Shown here: positions 30,477 to 41,232 of the stretch, in pieces
Layout: every line of letters begins with the position of its first letter
Numbering within the stretch: position 1 is the first letter of the stretch
Source: Longimicrobiales bacterium
Lineage (GTDB): Bacteria > Gemmatimonadota > Gemmatimonadetes > Longimicrobiales > Gaopeijiaceae
Assembly: GCA_965226375.1 (NCBI GenBank)
Contig: CBDDCX010000006.1
Coordinates: 288,001 to 352,000 of the forward strand
DNA: 64,000 nt
Direction of reading: 5' to 3'
Translations under genes and position numbers: made by a program
Notes under the pieces: generated by a model
The model's database searches: none
Told to the model about the DNA's origin: nothing
The model's input: only the letters and a program-made list of their open reading frames with translations

Positions 30477-32654
30477 TTGACGATGCCGGGTAAGGGCGGA
30501 ATCACACTGCTTGCGGTGGCTCTGGTGAACCCGCTCGGGTTGCAGGGGCAGAAGGAGGCCCAAGCGCACCCTACCGACAGATCGCTCTCCGCCGTGGCCG
30601 TCCGCGTGTCCCAAGCGCCCGAGATTGACGGCGTCATGGACGAGGCGTTTTGGGAGTCCATCCCTCCCATCACCGACTTCCGGCAGCGCGTTCCGGTCGA
30701 TGGGGGACCCCCGTCCGAGCGGACCGAAGTACGAATCGCATACGACCAGAAGGCCATCTATTTCGGCCTGAAGCTCTACGACTCCGAGCCCCACCTGATT
30801 CGGAGCCGCGTTCTCACTCGCGAGGGGCGATTGAGCCTGGACGACAACGTCTGGATAGGACTCGATACCTACCATGACCGTCGAAACGGATATGTCTTCG
30901 AGTTGAATGCGTTCGGCACCCAGGGGGACGCGCTGGTCACGGACGAGAGCGCCATGAACTGGGATTGGGAGGGCGTCTACCAGAGTCAGGCCCGTATCAC
31001 CGATGAGGGTTGGATCCTCGAGGTGGCCATACCGTTCACGACCATCCGCTTTTCGGCCGAGGAGGCCCCGGAGATGGGAGTGGCCGTTCGGCGCGCCATC
31101 AAGAGAAAGAACGAGGAGGTCTTCTGGCCGCACATTCCGGCCAGGTTCCGGGGCGGATTCAGACAAATATCCCAGTACGCCACGCTGACGGGTCTTCGTG
31201 ACCTGCCTCAGGGACGGCACCTGGAGATCAAGCCGTTCGTTATCGCGGGAGCCCAGAAGCTCGATGGTGATACCGACACGGTTGTGCTCGACGACATCGG
31301 GGTGGACCTCAAGTACGCTATCACATCGAACCTGACGGCGGATCTCACCTGGAATACCGACTTCGCCCAGGTGGAGGCCGACAACGTTCAGGTCAACCTC
31401 ACACGCTTCAGCCTCTTCTTTCCCGAGAAGCGGGAGTTCTTCCTGGAGCGGTCGGGCCTATTCTCCTTCGGGGACAACCGGGAGACCGAGGTCTTCTTCA
31501 GCCGCCGGATCGGGCTCACGAACGAGATCATCGGGGGGGGACGGATCACGGGCCAGATGGGTCGTCTTTCCGTCGGAATGCTGAGCCTCCAGACGGACGA
31601 CGCGGGGTCGGGAGATGACCTCGTGCACGGAGCCAACAACTCGGTCCTACGTATCCGGGGAGATGTCCTGCCTCGGACGACCGTGGGAGGGATCTTCACA
31701 AACCTCCAGAACGGTGACGGTCACAACCGGGTGCTCGGAGCAGACGCACAGGTCCGGTTCTGGGGAGGAAGCTCTTTTTCGGGCTGGTACGCTAGAGTGT
31801 CCGACTCCGAGGAGGGCACGTCGGCCGCGGGGAGCGCTAAGCTCGACATCCGGCCGCAGCGCTGGTGGTTGGCGGGCGCAGAGTTCGATAGTGTGGAGCC
31901 CGATTTCAATCCGAGTCTGGGATTCGTGAGACGTAGGGACGTGGTGCGCTTCGGCGGCAACGTCGGTTGGACCCCGGCGTTCGAGACGAGCACCTGGGCT
32001 CGCTCGTTGATTTCGGCCCTCAGCGTCACGCAGGTTGACGGACACGACGGCGTGAAACAGACCACGACGCGGCTCTTCCACAACATGTTCTCATTCGAGA
32101 GCGGCGAGCGGCTGATGTTCAACACCCGCCGGCAGTTCGAGCGGCTCATCGAGCCTGCTTTCATCCAAGGACGTGAACTCGCCCCGGGCGACTACGATTT
32201 CGTTTATGTGGACGGCTCGATCACTACCAACTCGAGTCGTACGTTCTCAGGGCGAGCCAGCCTCCGGGTGGGGGACTTCTGGGATGGCACGAGAACGGAC
32301 TACGGCATCTCCGGATCGTGGAGGACGGGGCCGCACCTGACCCTCAACCCGTCCCTGAGCCGCAATGAGATCGACCTTCCGGTGGAGGATGGTCGCTTTT
32401 CGACGACCGTGGTGGGGCTGCACGTGGTCGGGGCGGTCTCCCGCAAGTTGTTCGCCAACGCGCTGGTGCAGTGGGACGACGTCTCGAGAGAGCTTCAGGC
32501 CAACATCCGTGTGGACTGGATCCACACGCCGGGCAGCGACCTGTTCATCGTTCTGAACACCGGGTACCAGACGGGCGACCTTCTGGATCCTCGAGATACT
32601 CGGTGGCTCCAGCGCACGGGCGTGGTGAAGCTCACCTATCTGAAGGCGTTCTAG
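30477..32654 (+). CDS. CBM9-like / DUF5916 outer-membrane-associated protein
   Basis: PEIDGVMDE..W, EVAIPFTTIRF, NTDFAQVEAD..QVNLTRFSLFFPEKREFFLE. Confidence 0.85.
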   Translation: MTMPGKGGITLLAVALVNPLGLQGQKEAQAHPTDRSLSAVAVRVSQAPEIDGVMDEAFWESIPPITDFRQRVPVDGGPPSERTEVRIAYDQKAIYFGLKLYDSEPHLIRSRVLTREGRLSLDDNVWIGLDTYHDRRNGYVFELNAFGTQGDALVTDESAMNWDWEGVYQSQARITDEGWILEVAIPFTTIRFSAEEAPEMGVAVRRAIKRKNEEVFWPHIPARFRGGFRQISQYATLTGLRDLPQGRHLEIKPFVIAGAQKLDGDTDTVVLDDIGVDLKYAITSNLTADLTWNTDFAQVEADNVQVNLTRFSLFFPEKREFFLERSGLFSFGDNRETEVFFSRRIGLTNEIIGGGRITGQMGRLSVGMLSLQTDDAGSGDDLVHGANNSVLRIRGDVLPRTTVGGIFTNLQNGDGHNRVLGADAQVRFWGGSSFSGWYARVSDSEEGTSAAGSAKLDIRPQRWWLAGAEFDSVEPDFNPSLGFVRRRDVVRFGGNVGWTPAFETSTWARSLISALSVTQVDGHDGVKQTTTRLFHNMFSFESGERLMFNTRRQFERLIEPAFIQGRELAPGDYDFVYVDGSITTNSSRTFSGRASLRVGDFWDGTRTDYGISGSWRTGPHLTLNPSLSRNEIDLPVEDGRFSTTVVGLHVVGAVSRKLFANALVQWDDVSRELQANIRVDWIHTPGSDLFIVLNTGYQTGDLLDPRDTRWLQRTGVVKLTYLKAF

Positions 32655-32808
32655 TGTCCTGAGTTCGCCGGAAATGTGACCCGATGCATCCACCCTGGCC
32701 GCGTTTCTCTTCCTCGCAATAGCCCTGCTATTACTCGTCATCGCGCCTTGCCAGGGCGGTGCCTCGGCCCCCTCGGTTCTGCGCCGGACTTCTGACTCAG
32801 GACACTGG
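32651..32808. mobile_element. MITE-like / palindromic repeat element (~158 bp)
   Basis: Ends CTAGTGTCCTGAGT and ACTCAGGACACTGG are 13/14 inverted repeats; nested internal dyads; no ORF. Confidence 0.65.
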
Positions 32809-32820
32809 AGAGCTACAGAA

Positions 32821-32854
32821 CGGCCCTCCGCTTGGGCATTTCGGGGGAGGGCCG
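32821..32854. terminator. Hairpin between convergent genes, probable terminator
   Basis: CGGCCCTCC...GGAGGGCCG stem. Confidence 0.5.
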
Positions 32855-32877
32855 ATCCGTTGAGACCGCTCGGCGCG

Positions 32878-34899
32878 TTACGTCACCGGCCGCGGTCGCT
32901 CCCACTTCTGGAACCACTTTCTGAGATAGAGTTGCGTCCGGAGAAAGTTCGAAGGTGTGGAGCTCGTGCCATGCCATTCGTTCTTGTAACGGACCATGAG
33001 CGAGGGCACGTCCAGAACGCGCAGCGCCTGATAGAACTCCTCGGTCTGCGGCATGGGCGTCCGGAGATCGCCTTCGCCCGTCATGAGCATGGTGGGCGTG
33101 GTCACGTTACCCACGTACATGAGCGGCGAGCGCCGCAGGTGCTCCGAGGGGTCGTCCCAGGGGTACTCCTCGAAGTTGCGATACCAGCCGGCTCCATCCG
33201 TGGTGCCCACGAACGACAGCCAGTTTGTTACGGGACAGTTCGCCGAGGCCGCGGCGAAGCGATCCGTGTGGCCCACGACCCACGACGTCAGGACCCCGCC
33301 ACCCGAGCACCCGTAGACGAACATGTTGTCCTCGTCGATGTACCCCTTCGCGATGACCTCGTCCACACCCGCCATGAGGTCGTCGAAGTCCTGCCCCGGG
33401 TAGGCGTTCTTGATCGCGTTTCCGAACTCGCTGCCGTATCCCGAGCTTCCCCGTGGGTTCGTGTAGAGCACCACGTATCCGTTCGCCGCGTGGTTCTGCC
33501 AACCGAAGTTGAATCCCACGTTGTACATGCCGTGTGGACCACCGTGGATGGAGAGCATCAGCGGATATTTCCGGGTCGGGTCGAAGTCAGGCGGCTTGAT
33601 GATCCATCCCTGGATGTCGTAGTCACCCACCGACTTGTACCAGATCTCCTCAACGTCACCCAGCGTGACGCCGGCGAGAACGTCTTGGTTCACCTTGGTG
33701 AGGCGACGCTTGGCCGTCGGGTCACCCAGTTCGAAGCTCACGATGTCCGCGGGGTCTTGATAGGTACTGAGGGTCCCCACGGCCGTCCCACGTGCGTCGA
33801 TGGACGTCATGGAGAGCATGTGGTTTCCGGTCGTGACGGCTCGCGGCTCACCATCGAGGGGCGCAAACCAGAGATTGGCCGTGCCACGCATGCTCGTGTT
33901 GAAATAGACTCCGCTACCGTCCGAGGCCCACGTCACGTTCCCCAGACCCCGGCCGAGCTCCTCGGCAAGGCGCCGTGGACCGGAGCCGTCGGCGTTCATC
34001 ACGTACAGCCCGTTTTCACGGTACGTATCCTCGTGAAAGTCCAGGCCCTGGTAAGCGATCAGGCGGCCGTCCGGGGAAGGCACCGGGCTCTGGTCCGGGC
34101 CGTGCCGCGTGGTGAGTTGGTTGATCATCCCGCCGGCGACGTCCACTTCGTAGATCTCGGACTCACGCCAGACGTACTCGGCCTTCTCGACCCTCAGCGC
34201 GCTGAACACGAGGCTGGACCCATCAGGCATCCACTCCGCCGCACTGTGATTCCAGTCGCCGTCCGTGAGTTGTCGAGGAGTGCCTCCCTCGGCCGGAACC
34301 AGGAAAACGTGGGTGTAGCCGTCATCGATGTACCCTCGGCGATCACGCCGGTACTGGAGGCGCTCCACCACCTTCGGGCTTCCCGTCCACTCCGCTCCAT
34401 CGGGCCGAGAGGGAAGCTCCACGCTCCACTCGCTCTCGGGAGACGCGACGGTCATGGTGAAGGCGACCTGAGTGCCATCCGGTGACCACCTCAGGTTTCC
34501 GGGAGAGTGCTCGACGCGAGTGATCTGGCTGGTGGCTCCTTCGGCGTCCATCCAGCGGATGAAGACCTGAGGGTCACCGGCGTCATCTTCGTCCGTGAAG
34601 ACGATACGTGAGCCATCCGGTGACCACCTCGGTGCTGAGCCGTCCACGAGGAAGCGGTTCCGGGACCCGTCGGCGTTCATGATCCAGACCGAGGAGCGTC
34701 GCTGATCCTCCATCTTGTCCACCCAGGCCCGCGTGTAGAGGATCTGGCTGCCGTCGGGGGAGATCTGCGGACCGCTCACCCACTCCCAATCGAGGTAGGT
34801 TGCCAGGCTGAGTGTCCCCTCGGGAGCCTGCGCGCTCGAGGCGGCCGGCAGAAGGAACAGAACGGTGAGCAGTGCGGACGCGCGGCCTCGGGTGAGCAT
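32878..34899 (-). CDS. S9-family (prolyl oligopeptidase/acylaminoacyl) peptidase
   Basis: ATG after GAGGAGG; WSPDG propeller repeats, HGGPH, GCSGG, DLRTP, EWHG. Confidence 0.93.
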   Translation of the reverse strand: MLTRGRASALLTVLFLLPAASSAQAPEGTLSLATYLDWEWVSGPQISPDGSQILYTRAWVDKMEDQRRSSVWIMNADGSRNRFLVDGSAPRWSPDGSRIVFTDEDDAGDPQVFIRWMDAEGATSQITRVEHSPGNLRWSPDGTQVAFTMTVASPESEWSVELPSRPDGAEWTGSPKVVERLQYRRDRRGYIDDGYTHVFLVPAEGGTPRQLTDGDWNHSAAEWMPDGSSLVFSALRVEKAEYVWRESEIYEVDVAGGMINQLTTRHGPDQSPVPSPDGRLIAYQGLDFHEDTYRENGLYVMNADGSGPRRLAEELGRGLGNVTWASDGSGVYFNTSMRGTANLWFAPLDGEPRAVTTGNHMLSMTSIDARGTAVGTLSTYQDPADIVSFELGDPTAKRRLTKVNQDVLAGVTLGDVEEIWYKSVGDYDIQGWIIKPPDFDPTRKYPLMLSIHGGPHGMYNVGFNFGWQNHAANGYVVLYTNPRGSSGYGSEFGNAIKNAYPGQDFDDLMAGVDEVIAKGYIDEDNMFVYGCSGGGVLTSWVVGHTDRFAAASANCPVTNWLSFVGTTDGAGWYRNFEEYPWDDPSEHLRRSPLMYVGNVTTPTMLMTGEGDLRTPMPQTEEFYQALRVLDVPSLMVRYKNEWHGTSSTPSNFLRTQLYLRKWFQKWERPRPVT

Positions 34900-35083
34900 G
34901 AAGGCCTCCTCAGTTGATGGCGCGGATCGGTGCAGGCGGCGAGATGGGATCGCCGTCTTACTGAACCGCCCAACATAGAGGCCGGGGAGCCGGGCAACCA
35001 GTTTTCCGCTGTCAAGGGTTGACGACATGATTCTTCAACGACCATTTGAAGTCCCTTCGAGCCCCGATCCAGCAGGAGGAAAC

Positions 35084-37164
35084 ATGAGCGCGCATGACTC
35101 CACCCCGATACGGATAGCCGGCACATGGCGAATTCCCGTGGTGTTAACGCTGTGCGCTCTGCTCTCCAGTCCGCTCCTGGGGTCGGGAGAAGTCACGGCC
35201 CAAGAAGGCGGCCGGCCCTTGACGATCGAGGATTTCTACAGCATCCGCACTATCGCTACGCCTGTCATTTCTCACGACGGTGACTGGGTGGCTTACTCCG
35301 TTGTCTCCAGAGTAGAGGAGGACAACTCCAGCTCGAGCGAGGTGTGGGTGGCCGCCACATCAGGCGATCCGGCGCCGAGACGCATCAGCCCGGCGGGTGT
35401 GCAAGCTGCCAGCCCTGCTTGGGGTCCGGATGGGCTATTGCGGTACGTGTCGGGGGAGAGCGCGTTTGCGGTGGCTCCCGACTCACGACCCGGGTCTCGG
35501 AACGTGCTGCGTCCTGAAGCTCTCAGCGTCATCCCTGCTCCGAACGGGAGTATGGTGGCGTCTCTCGTGGCCGCGAAGGCGCCGAAGGTCGAGGTGATGT
35601 ACGCTTCGGACTTCGAGCGCCGCCACGAGGAGCGGTTCGACGGTCGAACGTGGGACTGGATGTACTTCCAACGGGATCGTCAGCCCCTGCCTACGATCGA
35701 TCCCACCGATCCTGCCGCGACTCCGCCTCTCGAAGTCGCTATCGCCGAGGCGCCAGGGGCACCGGAGCGGATTCTGACCGACTTGGCGCTCCGACCCCGT
35801 GGTGTGAGCTGGCGGCCGGACGGCGGGGCCCTGGTTTTCGCCGCCGACTCCGCGTACCGCGACGAGTGGACGTACGGGCGCGGCGACCTGTGGACCGTGT
35901 CCGTCGATGGTCAGGTGAATCGCCTGACTCGGGACATGCGTTACTCCTTGGGTCAGCCTGTGTACTCGCCGGACGGAAGCAGGATCGCTTTTGTGAGCCG
36001 GTATGCCACGGACTGGGTCATCGCGGAGCGGATCGGTCACGGTGGGCCGACGGACCTCATGGTCCTCGATCCGTCGAGCGGTGAGTCCGTGAACCTCACA
36101 GCGGATTGGGACCTGCGCCCTGGGGCCCCTCGGTGGAGCCCGGACGGAGGTCACCTCTACTTCATGGCTGGGATCGGCGGAGAGACTCACCTTTTCCGGG
36201 CCGCCTCGGTAGGCTCACTATGGACGACCGCATGTCGAAGATCGCCTATCTGGTCGGGCGCTTCGATGCTCCGTCGGAGCTGTTCGTTGCAAACCTGGAC
36301 GGGAGTGCGGAGCGTCAGCTGACCCACCTCCACGACCGTCTCACCCAGGAGATCGCGTTCGGATCAGCAGAGCGCATACGCTTCCCGAGCTACGATGGGA
36401 CGGAGATCGAGGGGTGGGTCATGGTGCCGTATGGATATGATCCCGCCCAGGGACCTTACCCGCTGATCGTGCATAGCCACGGTGGCCCTCACTCGGCCTC
36501 GGGCTACGGGTTCAACTTCAAGCACCAGCTCTTCGCGGCAAACGGGTACGTCGTCCTGCAGACCAACTACCGGAGCTCCACTGGTTACGGAGAGGATTTT
36601 CTGTGGGCCACCTGGGGTGCGTGGGGAGACAAGGACGGAGAGGACGTGATGTCTGGTGTTGACTACGTCCTGGCCCACTATCCGACAGACCCGGACCGGG
36701 TCGCCACCATTGGCCATTCCTACGGCGGATTCATGAGCAACTGGCTCATCACGCGATACCCCGATCGCTTTGCGGCTGCCGCCGTGGGGGCCGGAATCTC
36801 GAACTGGATGAGCGATTACGGGACTGCGGATGTCACCCGTACTAAGGAGACGGAGTTCTTCGGGACCCCTTGGACCGAAGAGGGTAGGGAGCGGCTACTC
36901 CGGCAGTCTCCCCTCATCTATGCCGACCAGGCTCAGGCGGCAACGCTGTTTCTGCACGGCGAACTGGATCACCGGGTACCCTTCGAGGAAGGCGAGCAGA
37001 TGTACTTTGCCCTGAAGAAGAACGGGGTGCCGGCCAAGTTTCTTCTCTACAATGACCAGCCTCACGGGATCGGTGGCCATTGGAACCAGGTGCATCGGGC
37101 CATGAACGAGCTCAGGTGGTTCGACCGGTACCTGAAGGCGCCGATGGCAATCAGCCTGCGGTAG
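35084..37164 (+). pseudogene. S9-family peptidase with frameshift/deletion near 36200
   Basis: Propeller frame ends after GETHLFR; catalytic domain (HGGPH, GHSYGG, DHRVP, QPHG) is in another frame starting RLGRLTMDD. Confidence 0.85.
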
Positions 37165-37256
37165 GCCGATGCGGATGGGACGCGCCGGTCGCCGGCCGCT
37201 TTGCAGGGTCGCCGTGACGGGTCTAGAGATCTGCTAAAGAAGCACGGCGGGACGTA

Positions 37257-38096
37257 TCAGGAGATCCGCGACCGGTCCGTGAGATAGACGAGCCGAGAGG
37301 AGAGGTCGGCCTGTGAGGCGTCCTTCAAGGACGGAGACAAGGATCCGAGTAACTCGCTGAGGGCAGTCGTGGCGAAGGAGAACCCCACCCGACGTGATGC
37401 TCCCGCCGGCGCGACCAACCTGGCATTACGGCGTAGCCTCATGTCCACGAGACGCCTATCCAGATAAGCGTTGTCGAAACGGGCCTCGAACTGCTGCACC
37501 ACGTTCGAGATGGCGGATGGTCCCGCCATTTCGTCCGGTATACCGAACACACCGGTCAGACCCTTGACGATGGAGTGCCTGAGCAAGCCAGCGTCTGAAG
37601 GCACGTAGAGGTCGAGAAAGGCCGGGAACGCGTCCTCGGCGCTCTCTGCGCCGAGATTCGGGGTACGGCGCCTCATGCGTCCTCCGCTCGAGATCGCTCG
37701 CAACGAGGTTCCGGTCCGCTGTGTTCGTCCTTCCGCGGGCTGGGGCCGACCGAATGCACCGACGACGGCAGAGCCGTAGGAGACCATCAGCTCCGAGCCA
37801 TCGAGGCCGATAAGAAGACCGTCCTCTTCGAAGGTCACGGACATCGCAGGCTCCTGAGGGGGCACTCCGACGAGATCCGCACTGTCCACCAGGACGGCCC
37901 TGAGCCCCGCCTCCGCCAGAGCAGCCGCGGTCTCTTCGAGAGCCTTGCGGTCGTGTTCCGTAAACCAGATTTCTGGCACGGGGTAATTGGCCTTCATGCG
38001 CACTTCGGCCGCAGTGAGGCCGAAAAGTGCTGCGGCGGCCATCGCATCTACCTCATCATGAGGCGGATTCGATATCAGCAAGGGGGCGGGATCCAT
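37257..38096 (-). CDS. Hypothetical protein
   Basis: 279-aa ORF with plausible composition, co-oriented with the two upstream genes; no motif recognised. Confidence 0.6.
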   Translation of the reverse strand: MDPAPLLISNPPHDEVDAMAAAALFGLTAAEVRMKANYPVPEIWFTEHDRKALEETAAALAEAGLRAVLVDSADLVGVPPQEPAMSVTFEEDGLLIGLDGSELMVSYGSAVVGAFGRPQPAEGRTQRTGTSLRAISSGGRMRRRTPNLGAESAEDAFPAFLDLYVPSDAGLLRHSIVKGLTGVFGIPDEMAGPSAISNVVQQFEARFDNAYLDRRLVDMRLRRNARLVAPAGASRRVGFSFATTALSELLGSLSPSLKDASQADLSSRLVYLTDRSRIS

Positions 38097-38167
38097 ATTT
38101 TCAAGCTAATCCGTTTTTGGGACGCCCGCCAAGGAAAATCCGCGGCTCCCTGGTCCTTCGCGCGCTC

Positions 38168-39166
38168 TCAGCGCGCTAGTCCTACCACCTCGCCGTCCAA
38201 GTTCCAAGCCGGGTCGATCGTGATACCCAGATGTGCGAGCGCGGTGACCGGAATGTCTACGATGGAGGGCGTGCCCTCGAGGGATCCCACCGTGGTCGAC
38301 GGCCCGCTGGCGAGGTAGAAGATCGTGCGTTCCTCTGGAGTGTCTCCGCCGTGCCCGCCCTCGGGCGTGCGTCCGTGGTCCGTGCTCATGAGAATGAGCC
38401 AGTCCTCCTGAGCGTAGGTCGGCCGTGCCCTGACCGCCGCTAGCAGCCGACCGACGTGCTCGTCGGACAGAGCGATCGCGCCCCGGTACTCCTCGCCGAT
38501 GGATTCGAAGTGGTGGCTGGTCTCGTCGGGGTTGCCCAGGTAGACGAACATCGCGTCGGGATCACCGGACCCCAAGTGTTCGACTGCCAGCTCCACGGAG
38601 TGATCGTCCGCCTCGGCCCAGCCCAGATCGTAGCCATTGAGGATGTGCTTCACGTCCGGAGCGTCACCGATGATGGGTCCGTTGTGGTCGTCCGTGACGA
38701 TGGGGAGCCAGTCGGCTACCGCGAAGGTGTTCAGCTCGGGTCGCACGGATTCGATGCGCGTCAGGAAGTCCGGGTACTCATCGTAGTGCTTGTTCTCGAA
38801 GTCGTTGTTCGTGACCCCGTGCTTTTCCGGCCAGACCCCGATGAGCATGCTCGACCAGCCGGGCCCACTCACGCTGGGGTAGCCGGTTCGTGCGTCGGCA
38901 CTGAACGCGCCTTGGTCGATCAGGGCGTCGATGTTGGGGGTCTCGACCTGTGCGAGCACATCGGGGCGCACGCCGTCCAGTCCGATGAGGAGCACTTTCT
39001 TGCGAAGGTCGTTCGACGAGGGGCTCGCGCCACTGCCTGCAACCGCACCACCGACCTCTGCCTCCGCGCCCGACTCCGGCGCCGAGCACGCCTGAATTCC
39101 CAGTGCGAGCGGGACGATCATGCAGGCGACACACAAACGGTCCAGCACTCTGACTCGGTTCATCAT
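38168..39166 (-). CDS. Alkaline phosphatase superfamily (NPP-like) lipoprotein
   Basis: IQAC lipobox, LIGLDGVRPD, SVSGPGW, DETSH, STDHG. Confidence 0.88.
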   Translation of the reverse strand: MMNRVRVLDRLCVACMIVPLALGIQACSAPESGAEAEVGGAVAGSGASPSSNDLRKKVLLIGLDGVRPDVLAQVETPNIDALIDQGAFSADARTGYPSVSGPGWSSMLIGVWPEKHGVTNNDFENKHYDEYPDFLTRIESVRPELNTFAVADWLPIVTDDHNGPIIGDAPDVKHILNGYDLGWAEADDHSVELAVEHLGSGDPDAMFVYLGNPDETSHHFESIGEEYRGAIALSDEHVGRLLAAVRARPTYAQEDWLILMSTDHGRTPEGGHGGDTPEERTIFYLASGPSTTVGSLEGTPSIVDIPVTALAHLGITIDPAWNLDGEVVGLAR

Positions 39167-40446
39167 GCAGATACCCCCTCGAGAATCTGACGAAGCTTGT
39201 TTGCCACGATCTCCTCTTCGCCTGATGCGAGCATAAACACGGAGATCACGAATCCGCCCTCACCCGTGCCGTGGACACGAGCTGTCACGATCGAGGGATC
39301 GCCCTCCGCCAGAGCCGTCTTCATCTGATCCGGCGTCACGCCCAACCGCTCTTCATCCCACCGTATGAGCAGGTGTGGCACCTCGTTCGCTATGAGCGGC
39401 ATCACGGTTTCGAACGTGGTGGTCGGAACGTCCCGTAGGGCATCGGCGATGAACGCGATGCGGCGCCGAAACTCACGGTCTTCGGCCTCCATATCCAGGC
39501 TCATGAACCGCTCCACCGTAGCCCACATGGCCACCATGTCTTCCTTACTCACTTTCATGCCGCGACCGATGTTCCAGCAGCGGGGCGCCGTGTTCAGCTT
39601 GGCGGTCTCGATGAGGTCGCGACGACCCAGGAGCAGGCCGGTGTCCTGGGGTCCACGCATGGCTTTCCCACCGCTGAAGATCACCATGTCGTAGCCCATG
39701 TTCACGTATTCCCACAGCCGCTCTCGGGGCGGCGTATCGGCGGCTGCGTCGATCAGGGTGGGAATGCCGCGGCCGCGGGCTACCTCGACCCACTCCTCCC
39801 GCGAAATCTGCCCCTCCTCTTCCAGGAAGTTGTAGGACAGCATCATGACCGTGCGGTCGTTTATGGCCCGTTCCAGATCTGCACGGGTCTCCACGTCCAC
39901 CAGCTTCACGCCGCTCGCCTTGACCTGGTTGTCGTAGCAGTCCACGTGAGAGGCTTGGCGGATGACTTCGAGTCCCCTCTCCGGGGGGAGCGGGAGCTCT
40001 CGGATGAGGTCATGGTCCTTGTACGTCACGGCGGCGGCGGTTCCGAGCATGATGCCTCCTGCCGCTCCCGACGTGACGAGCGCCGCCTCCACGCCCAAGC
40101 GCGCGGCGATTCGCTCGCCCACCCGGTCCTGGAGGGTGCGGAGATCGATGAAATGCTTGGAGGCTTCGATCCAGGCCGGGGTCACCTCGGGAGGCATGAG
40201 GGAGCCGCCCCAGTTGGTGATCGTGCCGGCCGCGTTGATGATGGGCTCGAGCCCCAGGGCTTCGTAAACACTGGGGCTCTGCGCCGCCGAGCCGCCGGCT
40301 CCCATGGCACTGGAAGCGGTCAGTCTGGCGGTCACATCGGCGGGACCTTCGCCGCCGGTGAGCCCGGCCGGAGCCACCACGCCCAGTACTGCTGCTCCTG
40401 CCCCCGTCTTCAGTGCGGCGCGGCGCGTCATCGGGTGTCGGCTCAT
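39163..40446 (-). CDS. SelA/DgaE-like PLP-dependent enzyme with Tat-like leader
   Basis: TRRAALK leader, IINAAGTIT.WGGS, VTSGAAGG, IDAAA, FSGGKAMRGPQ, GRGMKV.KE. Confidence 0.85.
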   Translation of the reverse strand: MSRHPMTRRAALKTGAGAAVLGVVAPAGLTGGEGPADVTARLTASSAMGAGGSAAQSPSVYEALGLEPIINAAGTITNWGGSLMPPEVTPAWIEASKHFIDLRTLQDRVGERIAARLGVEAALVTSGAAGGIMLGTAAAVTYKDHDLIRELPLPPERGLEVIRQASHVDCYDNQVKASGVKLVDVETRADLERAINDRTVMMLSYNFLEEEGQISREEWVEVARGRGIPTLIDAAADTPPRERLWEYVNMGYDMVIFSGGKAMRGPQDTGLLLGRRDLIETAKLNTAPRCWNIGRGMKVSKEDMVAMWATVERFMSLDMEAEDREFRRRIAFIADALRDVPTTTFETVMPLIANEVPHLLIRWDEERLGVTPDQMKTALAEGDPSIVTARVHGTGEGGFVISVFMLASGEEEIVANKLRQILEGVSA

Positions 40447-40761
40447 GGTTCCTCTCCTGCTCTCACGATTGGTCGGGCGTTTCTCGGACGGGCTGAGGAC
40501 GACCCACTCTCGCCCCGGAGCACCGAAAGCGCTCTGGTCGAGGGGGACAGTGTAATCTGGCCCCCCCCTTGATTGCCACCTTCTCCGTTGTTGGCTCCAT
40601 ACCCAGCGCTCCATTCCATCGCCCCACCCGCCGAGGATCTTGAGGGTCTTGGACCCAACGTTATGCCACAGCCGTAGTTGATCATGATCGTTGACCATGG
40701 TCATCTATTTCTTAGATTCCGATCATGAAGGAAGACATCGAGGTAATGGCCATCTCGAAGT

Positions 40762-40977
40762 TCAAGGCCACGTGGCGAACGAGAGCCCCACGATCACGCC
40801 GGCGATACCCTCTCCACCGACGGTGACCGTACCGCTGATGGACCCCGAGACAGGTTGCGAGCCGCCCGAATCACCCCCTCCGCACAGAGGTCCGCTCACA
40901 CAGTCGCTCCCGGAACAACCCGCGAGGAACAGCGCGAGGCCGATCAGCTTCGCGAGCCGGTATGAGGGAGAGGACAC
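40762..40977 (-). pseudogene. N-terminal remnant of a lipoprotein with a carboxypeptidase-regulatory-like domain
   Basis: LAGC lipobox, then GSISGTVTVGGEGIAGV.V.LS, ending abruptly. Confidence 0.55.
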
Positions 40978-41232
40978 TAGATGACCTTGTATTCGATGTC
41001 GACCGGCCCGGTCTCCGAGAAGGCGCCACCCAGGCGAATGGTCCCGTTCCCCTGAAGCAGGACCTCATCACGGTGGATGAAAATCTCGGTTCCGCCGTCG
41101 GGCAGCACGTACGTGCCGTTCGTGCTGTGGTCGGACAGATAGAACCGGCCGCTACGTGCCGAGATCATGGCGTGGGTGCGAGACGCCCCAGTGTCCGGTA
41201 CGACTAAAGCGTTGCGCGTCCCGCGACCCAGA
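40977..41232 (-). pseudogene. C-terminal FHA-domain remnant
   Basis: LGRGTRNALVVPDTGASRTHA..FYLSDHSTNGTYV matches the FHA GR/SRxH/STNG signature; no own start, fused out of frame to the symporter. Confidence 0.75.
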
